Below, piece after piece: positions 13,609 through 26,800 of a DNA stretch of 64,000 nucleotides. Both the position numbers and the translations under genes were made by a program. Position 1 is the first letter of the stretch, and each line of letters starts with the position of its first letter. This stretch comes from the human T2T-CHM13v2.0 reference genome, Homo sapiens, in the NCBI RefSeq assembly GCF_009914755.1, contig NC_060940.1; one strand, written 5' to 3'. Under the pieces are notes generated by a model. That model searched no databases. It was not told where the DNA came from and was given only the letters and a program-made list of their open reading frames with translations.

Positions 13609-16600
13609 TCAAGTGCATTTGATGATATCATTCGATTCCATTTGATGATAATTCCATTTGATTCCATGCGATGATTCTATTCGATTCCATTCAATGATAA
13701 TTCCATTCAATTCAGTGATTCCTCTGGACTCCATTTGATGATGATTCCATTCAATGATTCCATTCGATTCTATTCGAAAATGATTCCATTTGAATCCATT
13801 TGATGATGATTCCATTAGATTCCATTTGATGATTCCATTCGATTCCATTCGACGATGATTCCATTCGATTCCGTTTGATGATTCCATTCTATTCTATTCG
13901 ATGATGATTCCATTCGATTCCATTCGATGATGATTGGATTCGATTCCATTTGATGATTTCATTTGATTCCATTCGTTAATGATTTCGATCAATTCCATTC
14001 GATGATTCCATTCGATTCCATTCGATAATGATTACATCCGAGTCCATTCGATGATTCCCTTTGAGCCTGTTCGATAATTCCATTTGAGTCCAACCAATGA
14101 TTCCATTCATTTCCATTCAATGATTCCATTCGAGTCCATTTGATCATTCCGGTAGGGTCCATTCGATGTTGATTCCATTGGAGTGCATTCGATGATTCCA
14201 TTCGAGTCCATTTTAGGATTTGATTCGAGTCCTTTCGATGATTCCAATCGATTCCACTCGATGATGATTTCATTCGAGTCCATTCGACACTTCCAATCGA
14301 TTCCATTTGATGATTCCATTCGAGTCCAATTGATGATTCCATTCAATTCCATTCGATGATGATTCCGTACGATTCCATTCTGTGATGATTCCATGTGATT
14401 GCATTCAATGATGATTCCTTTCGATTGCATTCGATTATGATTCATTTCGTGTTCATTCTATGGTTCCACAGGTTTCCATTCGTGTCCATTCCATTATTCC
14501 ATTCTATTCCATTTGATGATGATTCCATTCGATTCCATTCATTGGTGATTCCACTCAATTCCATTCAATGATTCCATTCCATTTCTTTCAACAATGATTC
14601 CATTAGTTTCTAATCGATGATCCACTTGATTCCATTTGACGACGATTCCATTCTTGTCCATTCGATGATTCCATTTGATTCCATATGATGATGATTCCAT
14701 TCGATTCCATACCATGATGATTCCATTCGAGTCCATTCAATGGTGATTCCATTCAATTCCATTCGATGATTCCTTTTGATTCCATTCGATGATGATGGCA
14801 TTCGATTCCTTTCAATCATTCCCTTTGATTCCATTCAAAGGTGATTTCATTCAAGTCCATTCGATAATTGCATTCGATTCCATTCTATGATGATTCCATT
14901 CGAGTCCATTTGATGATTCCATTCAATTCAAGTCAATGATGATTCCATTCGATTCCATTCGATGATTCCATTGGATTCCATTCGATGATGATTCCATTCA
15001 AATCCATTCGATAATTCAATTCAAGTCCATTCGATGATGATTCCAATCGAATCCATTCAAAGATTCCATTCAGTTCCATTCGATGATTCCCTTAGATTCC
15101 ATTCGATGATTCCACTTGATTGCATTTACGATGATTCCATTCGATTCCATGTGATGATTCCATTCAATTCTATTCAATGATGTCTCCATTTGATTCCATT
15201 CGACCATGATTGCCTTTGATTCCATTCAATGATTCCATTCGGTTCCGTTTGATGATGATTCCGTTCGATTCCATTTGATGATTCCATTGGATTCCATTGG
15301 ATGAGTCCATTCGATTACATTCGATGATTATTCCATTCGAGTGCATTAGATGATTCCATTCGAGTCCATTCGATGATTCCATTCGATTCCATTCGATGTT
15401 GATTCTGTTCAAATCCATTCGATGATTCCACTCGATTCCATTCGTTGACTCCATTTGATCCCATTCGATGATTTCCTTTGATTCCCTTTGATGATCATTC
15501 CATTTGATTCAATTCGGTGATTTCATTTGATTCCATTCAGTGATGTTTCCATTCGACTCCATTCGATGATGATTCCATTCGACTCCATTCGATTATGATT
15601 TCATTCAATTCCATTCGATAATGATTCCCTTCGAGTCCATTCGATGATTCCATTCGATTCCATTCAACGATGATTTGATTCGTGTCCATTCGATGATTCC
15701 ATTTGATTCCACTTGATGATGATTCCATTCGAGTCCATTTGATGATTCCATTCAATTCCATACTCCGATGATTTCTTTTGAGCCCACTCAATGCTTCCAC
15801 TCGATTCCATATGATGATGACTCCATTCGATGAAATTCGATGATGATTCCATTCGCTTGCTTTCGATGATGATTCCACTTGAGTCCGTTAGAAGATTCTA
15901 TTCAATTACATTCCAGGACGATTCCGTTCGAGTCCATTTGATGATTCCATTAGACTCCATTCGACGATGATTCCATTCGATGTTATTCGATGATTCCATT
16001 CGATCTCATTCGATGATGATTCCATTCAACTCCATTCGATGTTTCCATTCGAGTTCATTCTATTATTCCATTAGATTCCATTCGATGATGATTCCATTCG
16101 ATTCCATTTGATGATTGCATTCTATTTCATTTGATGATGATTCCATTCGAGTCCACTCGATGATTCCATTCGAGTCCATTTAATGAATCCATTGGTTTCA
16201 ATTCTATGATGATTACATTGGATTCCATTCGTTGATGATTTCATTCGGTTCCATTCAATGATGATTCCATTCAATTCCTTTCAATGTTTCCATTCAATTC
16301 CATACGATGATGATTCCATTTGATTTGATTCGACAGTGAGCCATTCGATTCAATTCCATGATGATTCTATTTGATTCCATTGGTTGACATTTCCATTCGA
16401 TTCCATTCGATGATGATTCCCTTTGATTCCGTTCAAAGATGATTCCATTCTAGCCCATTCAATCATTCCATTCGATTCTATTCAATGATGATTCCATTCA
16501 TGTCGATTTGGTGATTCCATTTGACTTCATTTGATGATGATTCCTTTCAAGTTCATTAGATGATTCCATTCGATTCCATTTGATGATGATCCCATTCGAG

Positions 16601-19600
16601 TCCATTCAGTGATTCCATTCGTTTCCATTCCATGATGATTCCATTCCTTTCCATTCAATGATTCCATTCGATTCCGTTTGATGATGATTTCATTCGAGTC
16701 CATTTGATGATTCCATTTGATTCCATTCGATGATGATTCCATTCGAGTCCATTCGATGATTCTATTCGAATCCATTTGATGATTTCTTTTGATTATATTT
16801 GGTGATGATTCCATTGGAGTCCATTCAATGATTCCATTCTATTCCAATCGATGATGATTCCATTAGAGTCCATTTAATGATTCCATTTGATTCCAGTCTC
16901 TGATGATTACATTCGAGTCCATACGATGATTCCACTCAATTCCATATGATGATGATTCCATTCGATTCCATTCGGTGATTCCATTCTATTCTATTCAATG
17001 GTGATTCCATTCGAGTACATTAGATGATTCCATTCGATTCCATTCAATGATGATTCTATTTGTGTCCCTTAGATGATTCCACATGATTCCATTAGATGAT
17101 GATACTATTTGAGCCCATCCAATGATTCCCTTCGATTCCATTCGATGAGGATTCCATTCGATTCATTTCATTGGTGATTCTATTCAATTCAATTCTTTGA
17201 TTCCATTCCATTCCATTCGACAATGATTCCATTCGATTTCTTTCGATGATTCCACTCGATTCCACTTGACATTGATTCCATTCGATTCCATTCAATGATT
17301 CCATTTGATTCCAGTGGATGATGATTGCCATCGATTCCATTCGATCACTCCATTCTATTCCATTTGATGATGATTACATTCGATTCCATTTGATGATTCC
17401 ATCTGATTCTATTCGAGGATTCCATTTGATTCCATTCGATGATGATTCCATTCGAGTCCATTCGATGATTTCATTCGAGTACATCCAATGATTCCATTCG
17501 AGTCCATTAGATGATTCCATTTGATTCCATTTGAAAATGATTCTACTAGAGTCCATTCAATGACTCCATTCGAGTCCATTCAACAATTCCATTCGACTCC
17601 ATTCGATGATTCCATTCGATTCCATTTGATGGTTCCATTCGAGTCCATTTAATCATTACAGTCGAGTCCATTTGGTGATTCCACTGGATTTCTTTTGATA
17701 ATGATACCATTCAATTACATTTGATGATGATCCCATTCAATTTCATTTGATGATGATTCCATTAGAGTCCATTCGATGATTTCATTCGAGTCCCTTCATT
17801 GATTCCATCCGATTTCATTGGATGATGACTCCATTCGAGTCCATTCGATGATTCCACTCGATTCCATTAGATGATTCCATTGGAGTCCATTTGATTGTTC
17901 CATTCGATTCCATTCGATTCCTTTCGAAGATTATTCCATTTGAGTCCATTCGATGATGATTCCATTCCATTCCATTCGATGATTCCGTTTGATTCCATTC
18001 GATGATTCCCTTCGATTCCTTTCTTTGATGATTCCATTCCATTCCATTCAATGATTCCATTCGAATCTATTCCATGATGATTCCTTTCGATTCCATTCGA
18101 TGATGTTTCCGTTCAATTCCATTCGATGATGATTCCATTCGATTCCATTCATTGAGGATTCCATTTGATTCCATTCAATGATGATTCCATTTTATTCCAT
18201 TCAATGATTGCATTCAATTCCATTCAATGATTATCCCATTAGAGTAAACTCAACGATTCCATTCAATACCATTCGATGATGATTCCTTTTGAGTCCATTC
18301 AATGATTTCATTCAAGTCCATTTGATGATTCCTTTCAATTCCATTCTATGATGATTCCATTCGAGTCCATTCGATGATTCCATTCGATTGCATTCGATGA
18401 TTCCATTATATTCCATTCAACGGTGATTCCATTCGAGTCCATTCCATGATTCCATTAGAGTACATTTAATGATTGCTTTGTTTTCAATTCGAAGATGATT
18501 ACATTGGATTGCATTCTATGATACCATTCGATTCCATTCAATGATGATTCCACTCAAATCCATTGGATGATTCCATTCGTGTCCATTCGGTGATTTCATT
18601 AGATTCCATTCGAGGATGATTCCATTCGATTCCATTCGATGATTCCATTCAATTCCATTCGATGATGATTCCATTCCAGTCCATATGATCATTCCATTTG
18701 ATTTCATTCGATGATGATTCCATTCGATTCCATTCGATGATTCCATTCTATTCCATTCGATGATGATTCCATTCGAGTCCATTCGATGATTCCATTCGAG
18801 TCCATTTAATGATTCCATTGGGTTCAATTCAATGATGATTACATTGGATTCCGTTCTATGATTCCATTCAATTCCGTTCATTGACAATTTGATTCCATTC
18901 GATGATGATTCCATTTGAGTTCATTCGATGATTCTATTCGATTCTCTTCGATGGTGATTCAATTCTATTATATTGGATGATTCCATTCGATTCCATTTGA
19001 TGTTGATTCAATTCGATTCTATTCGATGATGATTCCATTGGATTTCACTTGATGATTCTATTCGATTCCATTCAATGATGATTCACTTCTCGTCCATTGG
19101 ATGATTCCATTTCATTCCATTCGATGATGATTCCATTCGATTCCATTCGATGATTCCATTTGATTCCATGCGACGGTGAGCAATTCGATTCAATTCCATG
19201 ATGATTCTATTTGATTCAATTAGATGATGTTTCCATTCGAATCCATTCCATGATTATTCCATTGGAATCCATTCGGCGATGATTCCATATGAGTCAATTC
19301 AATGATGATTCCATATGGGTCCGTTCGATGATAATTCCATTTGATTTCATTCGATGCTTCTATTCTATTCCAGTCGATGATGATTCCGTTGGAGTCCATA
19401 CGATGATTCCATTTGATTTCATTTGATGATGATTCCATTCGATGATGATTACATTGGATTCCATTCTATGATTCCATTCAATTCCATTCGTTGATGATTC
19501 GATTCCATTCAATGATGATTCCATTTGAGTTCATTCGATGATTCTATTCGATTCCGTTCGATGGTGATTCAATTCTCTTATATTGGATGATTCCACTCGA

Positions 19601-19720
19601 TTCCATTTGATGATTATTCCATTGGAGTCCACTTAGTGAATCCTTTAGATTCTACTCGAGGATGATTCCATTCGAGTCCATTCAATGATACCATTCAATT
19701 TCATTCGTTGATGCTTCCAT
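13609..19720 (+). repeat. Unit 3, type A, 6,112 bp
   Basis: Landmark spacing 13609 to 19721, collinear with unit 1 at +12152. Confidence 0.92.
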
Positions 19721-22700
19721 TCAAGTGCATTCGATGATATCATTTGATTCCATTTGATGATAATTCCATTTCATTCCATGCGATGATTCTATTCGATTCC
19801 ATTCAATGATAATTCCATTCAATTCAGTGATTCCTCTGGACTCCATTTGATGATGATTCCATTCAATGATTCCATTCGATTCTATTCCAATATGATTCCA
19901 TTTGAATCCATTTGATGATGATTCCATTAGATTCCATTTGATGATTCCATTCGATTCCATTTGACGATGATTCCATTCGATTCCATTTGATGATTCCATT
20001 CTATTCTATTCGATGATGATTCCATTCGATTCCATTTGATGATGATTGGATTCGATTCCATTTGATGATTTCATTTGATTCCATTCGTTAATGATTTCGA
20101 TCAACTCCATTCGATGATTCCATTTGATTCCATTCGATAATGATTACATCCGAGTCCATTCGATGATTCCATTTGAGCCCGTTCGATAATTCCATTTGAG
20201 TCCAATCAATGATTCCATTCATTTCCATTCAATGATTCCATTCGAGTCCATTTGATCATTCTGGTAGGGTCCGTTCGATGTTGATTCCATTGGAGTGCAT
20301 TCGATGATTCCATTCGAGTCCATTTTATGATTTGATTCGAGTCCTTTCGATGATTCCATTCGATTCCACTCGATGATGATTTCATTCGAGTCCATTCGAC
20401 ACTTCCAATCGATTCCATTTGATGTTTCCATTCGAGTCCAATTGATGATTCCATTCAATTCCATTCGATGATGATTCCGTACGATTCCATTCTGTGATGA
20501 TTCCATGTGATTGCATTCAATGATGATTCCTTTCGATTGCATTCGATTATGATTCATTTCGTGTTCATTCTATGGTTCCACAGGTTTCCATTCGATGACG
20601 TTTCCGTTCGTGTCCATTCCATTATTCCATTCTATTTCATTTGATGATGATTCCATTCGATTCCATTCATTGGTGATTCCACTCAATTCCATTCAATGAT
20701 TCCATTCCATTTCTTTCAACAATGATTCCCTTAGTTTCTATTCGATGATCCACTTGATTCCATTTGGCGATGATTCCATTCGTGTCCATTTGATGATTCC
20801 ATTTGATTCCATATGATGATGATTCCATTCGATTCCATACCATGATGATTCCATTCGAGTCCATTCAATGGTGATTCCATTCAATTCCATTCGATGATTC
20901 CTTCCGATTCCATTCGATGATGATGGCATTCGATTCCTTTCAATCATTCCCTTTGATTCCATTCAAAGGTGATTTCATTCAAGTCCATTCGATAATTGCA
21001 TTCGATTCCATTCTATGATGATTCCATTCGAGTCCATTTGATGATTCCATTCAATTCAAGTCAATGATGATTCCATTCGATTCCACTCGATGATTCCTTT
21101 GGATTCCATTCGATGATGATTCCATTCAAATCCATTCGATAATTCAATTCAAGTCCATTCGATGATGATTCCAATCGAATCCATTCAAAGATTCCATTCA
21201 ATTCCATTCGATGATGATTCCCTTAGATTCCATTCGATGATTCCACTTGATTCCATTTACGATGATTCCATTCGATTCCATGTGATGAATCCATTCAATT
21301 CTATTCAATGATGTTTCCATTTGATTCCATTGGACCATGATTGCCTTTGATTCCATTCAATGATTCCATTCGGTTCCATTTGATGATGATTCCGTTCGAT
21401 TCCATTTCATTATTCCATTTGATTCCATTGGATGAGTCCATTCGATTACATTCGATGATTATTCCATTCGAGTGCATTAGATGATTGCATTCGAGTCCAT
21501 TCGATGATTCCATTCGATTCCATTCGATGTTGATTCTGTTCAAATCCATTCGATGATTCCACTCGATTCCATTAGATGACTCCATTTGATCACATTCGAT
21601 GATTTCCTGTGATTCCCTTTGATGATCATTCTATTTGATTCAATTCGGTGATTTCATTTCATTGCATTCAGTGATGTTTCCATTCGACTGTATTCGATGA
21701 TGATTCCATTCGACTCCATTCGATTATGATTTCATTCAATTCCATTCAATAATGATTCCCTTCGAGTCCATTCGATGATTCCATTCGATTCCATTCAACG
21801 ATGATTTGATTCGTTTCCATTCGATGATTCCATTTGATTCCACTTGATGATGATTCCATTCGAGTCCATTTGATGATTCCATTCGAGTCTATTTATGTAT
21901 TATATTCGTGTCCACTTCATGATTCCATTCAATTCCATTTAATGTTGATTCCATTTGATTCCATTTGATGATTCAGTTCGATTCCTTGCAATGATTCCCT
22001 ACGATTCCTTTCTCTGATGATTCCATTCGATTCCATTCATTGATGATTTCATTCGACTCCATTCGATGATGATTCCTTTCGATTCCATTTGACGATGTTT
22101 CCATTCGAGTCCATTCGATGATGATTCTATTCAATTCTGTTCTATTATGATTCCATTCGATTTCATTCAATGCTTCTATTTGATTCCATTCGATGATGAT
22201 TCCATCTCTTTCCCTTCGATGATTCCATTTGATTCCATTCAGTGATGTTTCCATTTGATTCCATCTGATGATGATTTCACTTGATTCCTTTCAATGATGA
22301 TTCAATTCAAGTCCATTCGATGATTCCATTGGAGTCCAAACGATCATTCCGTTCGATTCCATTCAATGGTGATTCCATTCATGTCCATTCGATGAATCCA
22401 TTCAATTCCATTCGATGATGACTCCATTCGAGTACATTCGATGATTCCATTTGATTCCATTTGAAGATGATTCCATTCAATTCCATTCGAAGATGATTCC
22501 ATTCAATTCCATTCAATGATGATTCCGTATGAATCCATTCTCTGATTATTCCATTCGATTCCATTCATTGACGATTCCATTCAATTCCATTCAATGATGA
22601 TTCTCTTCTATTCCATTCGATGATTCCGGTCGATTCCATTCGATGATGATTCCATTAGATTCCATTCGATTGTTGCATTCGATTCCCTTCGATGATGATT

Positions 22701-23850
22701 CCTTTGAATTCCATTCGATTATCATTCCGTATGAATCCATTTGATGATTATTCCATTGGATTCCTTTCAATGATGATTCCATTCGATTCCATTTGATGAT
22801 GTTTCTCTTGTATTCCACTGGATAATTCCTTTCAGTTCCCTTCGATGATTATTCTTTCGAGTCAATTCGATGATTCTATTCCATTCCCTTCGATGATGAT
22901 TCCATTTCACTCCATTTGATGATTCCATTCGACTCAATTTGGTGATGATTCAATTCGATGACATTCGATGACTCCATTCAATTTCATTTGATGATGATTA
23001 CATTCGAGTCCATTTGATGATTGTATTCCTTTCCTTTTGATGATTATTCCATTCGTGTCTATTCAAAGGTTCCATTCTATTCCATTCAATGATGATTGCA
23101 TTTGATTCCATTCAATGATTATGGCTATCGATTCCACTCGTTGATTCCATTTGATTCCGTTCGATGATTATTCCGTTAGATTCCATTAGAAGACTCCATT
23201 CGATTTTATTCAATGATTCCAATGGATTCCATTCAATGATGATTCCATTCGACTCCATTCAGTGATTCCATTCGAGTCCATTTGATGATTCCATTCTTTT
23301 CCATTTGATGATGATTCCATTAGGGTCCATTCAATGATTCCATTCGAGTCCATTCGTTAATGCTTTTCGAGTCCTTTTGATCACTACATTCGAGTCCATT
23401 CAATGATTCTATTCGATTCCATTCCATGATGATTCCATTCGAGTTCATTCGATGATTGCATTCGAGTCCATTTGATGATTCCATATGATTCCCTTCGACA
23501 ATGATTCCATTCGTGTCCATTTGATGATTCCATTCATTTCCTATCGATGAAGATTCCGTTCGAGTGTATTCGATGATTCCATTCAAATCCATTCGATGAT
23601 GATTCCATTCCAGTCCATTCGATCATTCCACTTGATTCCATTTGATGACTATTCCATTCAAATCCATTTGATGATTCCATTCGATTCCATTCGATGTTAC
23701 CATTCGAGTATATACGATGATTCCACTCGATTCCATTTGATGATTATTCCATTGGAGTCCACTTAGTGAATCCTTTAGATTCTACTCGAAGATGATTCCA
23801 TTCGAGTCCATTCGATGATACCACTCAATTCCATTCGTTGATGCTTCCAT
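19721..23850 (+). repeat. Unit 4, type V (chimeric short unit), 4,130 bp
   Basis: Follows the canonical unit to 21884, switches to non-collinear HSat2 sequence, and rejoins at 23716. Length check: 6112-3832+1831+16+3=4130. Confidence 0.9.
21885..23715 (+). repeat. Divergent HSat2 block, copy 1 (~1,831 bp), absent from canonical units
   Basis: Block-specific k-mers include GTCTATTTATGTATTATATTCGTG, GTCCAAACGATC, TTATGGCTATCG and GATCACTACATTCG. The pseudo-ORFs at 21973-23592 recur only at 56506-58104. Confidence 0.9.
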
Positions 23851-26800
23851 TCAAGTGCATTCGATGATATCATTCGATTCCTTTTGATGATAATTCCATT
23901 TGATTCCATGCGATGATTCTATTCGATTCCATTCAATGATAATTCCATTCAATTCAGTGATTCCTCTGGACTCCATTTGATGATGATTCCATTCAATGAT
24001 TCCATTCGATTCTATTCGAAAATGATTCCATTTGAATCCATTTGATGATGATTCCATTGGATTCCATTTGATGATTCCATTCGATTCCATTCGATGATGA
24101 TTCCATTCGATTCCTTTTGATGATTCCATTCTATTGTATTCAATGATGATTCCATTCGATTCCATTCGATGATGATTGGATTCGATTCCATTTGATGATT
24201 TCATTTGATTCCATTCGATAATGATTTCGATCAATTCCATTCGATGATTCCATTCGATTCCATTCGATAATGATTACATCCGAGTCCATTCGATGATTCC
24301 ATTTGAGCCCGTTCGATAATTCCATTTGAGTCCAATCAATGATTCCATTCATTTCCATTCAATGATTCCATTCGAGTCCATTTGATCATTCCGGTAGGGT
24401 CCGTTCGATGTTGATTCCATTGGAGTGCATTCGATGATTCCATTCGAGTCCATTTTAGGATTTGATTCGAGTCCTTTCGATGATTCCATTCGATTCCACT
24501 CGATGATTTCATTCGAGTCCATTCGACACTTCCAATCGATTCCATTTGATGTTTCCATTCGATTCCAATTGATGATTCCATTCAATTCCATTCGATGATG
24601 ATTCCGTACGATTCCATTCTGTGATGATTCCATGTGATTGCATTCAATGATGATTCCTTTCGATTGCATTCGATTATGATTCATTTCGTGTTCATTCTAT
24701 GGTTCCACAGGTTTCCATTCGATGATGTTTCCATTCGTGTCCATTCCATTATTCCATTCTATTCCATTTGAAGATGATTCCATTCGATTCCATTCATTGG
24801 TGATTCCACTCAATTCCATTCAATGATTCCATTCCATTTCTTTCAACAATGATTCCATTAGTTTCTATTCGATGATCCACTTGATTCCATTTGACGATGA
24901 TTCCATTCATGTCCATTCGATGATTCCATTTGATTCCATATGATGATGATTCCATTCGATTCCATACGATGATGATTCCATTCGAGTCCATTCAATGGTG
25001 ATTCCATTCAATTCCATTCGATGATTCCTTTCGATTCCATTCAATGATGATGGCATTCGATTCCTTTCGATCATTCCCTTTGATTCCATTCAAAGGTGAT
25101 TTCATTCAAGTCCATTCGATAATTGCATTCGATTCCATTCTATGATGATTCCATTCGAGTCCATTTGATGATTCCATTCAATTCAAGTCAATGATGATTC
25201 CATTCGATTCCACTCGATGATTCCATTGGATTCCATTCGATGATGATTCCATTCAAATCCATTCGATAATTCAATTCAAGTCCATTCGATGATGATTCCA
25301 ATCGAATCCATTCAAAGATTCCACTCAATTCCATTCGATGATGATTCCCTTAGATTCCATTCGATGATTCCACTTGATTCCATTTACGATGATTCCATTC
25401 GATTCCATGTGATGATTCCATTCAATTCTATTCAATGATGTTTCCACTTGATTCCATTCGAACATGATTGCCTTTGATTCCATTCAATGATTCCATACGG
25501 TTCCATTTGATGATGATTCCATTCGAGTGCATTAGATGATTCCATTCGAGTCCATTCGATGATTCCATTCGATTCCATTCGATGTTGATTCTGTTCAAAT
25601 CCATTCGATGATTCCACTCGATTCCATTCGATGACTCCATTTGATCCCATTCGATGATTTCCTTTGATTCCCTTTGATGATCATTCCATTTGATTCAATT
25701 CGGTGATTTCATTTGATTCCATTCAGTGATGTTTCCATTCAACTCCTTTCGATGATGATTCCATTCGACTCCATTCGATTATGATTTCATTCAATTCCAT
25801 TCGATAATGATTCCCTTCAAGTCCATTCGATGATTCCATTCGATTCCATTCAACGATGATTTGATTCGTGTCCATTCGATGATTCCATTTGATTCCATTT
25901 GATGATGATTCCATTCGAGTCCCTTTGATGATTCCATTCAATTCCATTCTCCGATGATTTCTTTTGAGCCCATTCAATGCTTCCACTCGATTCCATATGA
26001 TGATGACTCCATTTGATGAAATTCCATGATGATTCCATTCGCTTGCATTCGATGATGATTCCACTTGAGTCCGTTAGAAGATTCTATTCAATTACATTCC
26101 ATGACGATTCTGTTCGAGTCCATTTGATGATTCCATTAGACTCCATTTGATGATGATTCCATTCGATGTTATTCGATGATGCTTCCATTCAACTCCATTC
26201 GATGTTTCCATTCGAGTTCATTCTATTATTCCATTAGATTCCATTCGATGATGATTCCATTCGATTCCATTTGATGATTGCATTCTGTTTCATTTGATGA
26301 TGATTCCATTCGAGTCCATTCGATGATTCCATTCGAGTCCATTTAATGTATCCATTGGTTTCAATTCTATGATGATTACATTGGATTCCATTCGTTGATG
26401 ATTTCATTCGATTCCATTCAATGATGATTCCATTCAATTCCATTCAATGATTCCATTCAATTCCATACGATGATGATTCCATTTGATTTGATTCGACAGT
26501 GAGCCATTCGATTCAATTCCATGATGATTCTATTTGATTCAATTGGTTGACATTTCCATTCGATTCCATTCGATGATGATTCCATTTGATTCCATTCAAA
26601 GATGATTCCATTCTAGCCCATTCAATCATTCCATTCGATTCTATTCAATGATGATTCCATTCATGTCGATTTGGTGATTCCATTTGACTTCATTTGATGA
26701 TGATTCCTTTCAAGTTCATTAGATGATTCCATTCGATTCCATTTGATGATGATCCCATTCCAGTCCATTCAGTGATTCCACTCGTTTCCATTCCATGATG

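Noticed and set aside
23320-23325. TTAGGG telomeric hexamer in the foreign block
   Set aside because: A single copy, two substitutions from the consensus TTCGAG, so chance.
21885-23715. Foreign block as a transposon or viral insertion
   Set aside because: It is itself CATTC satellite in the same orientation, replaces rather than interrupts sequence, and shows no TSD, TIR, LTR or poly-A.
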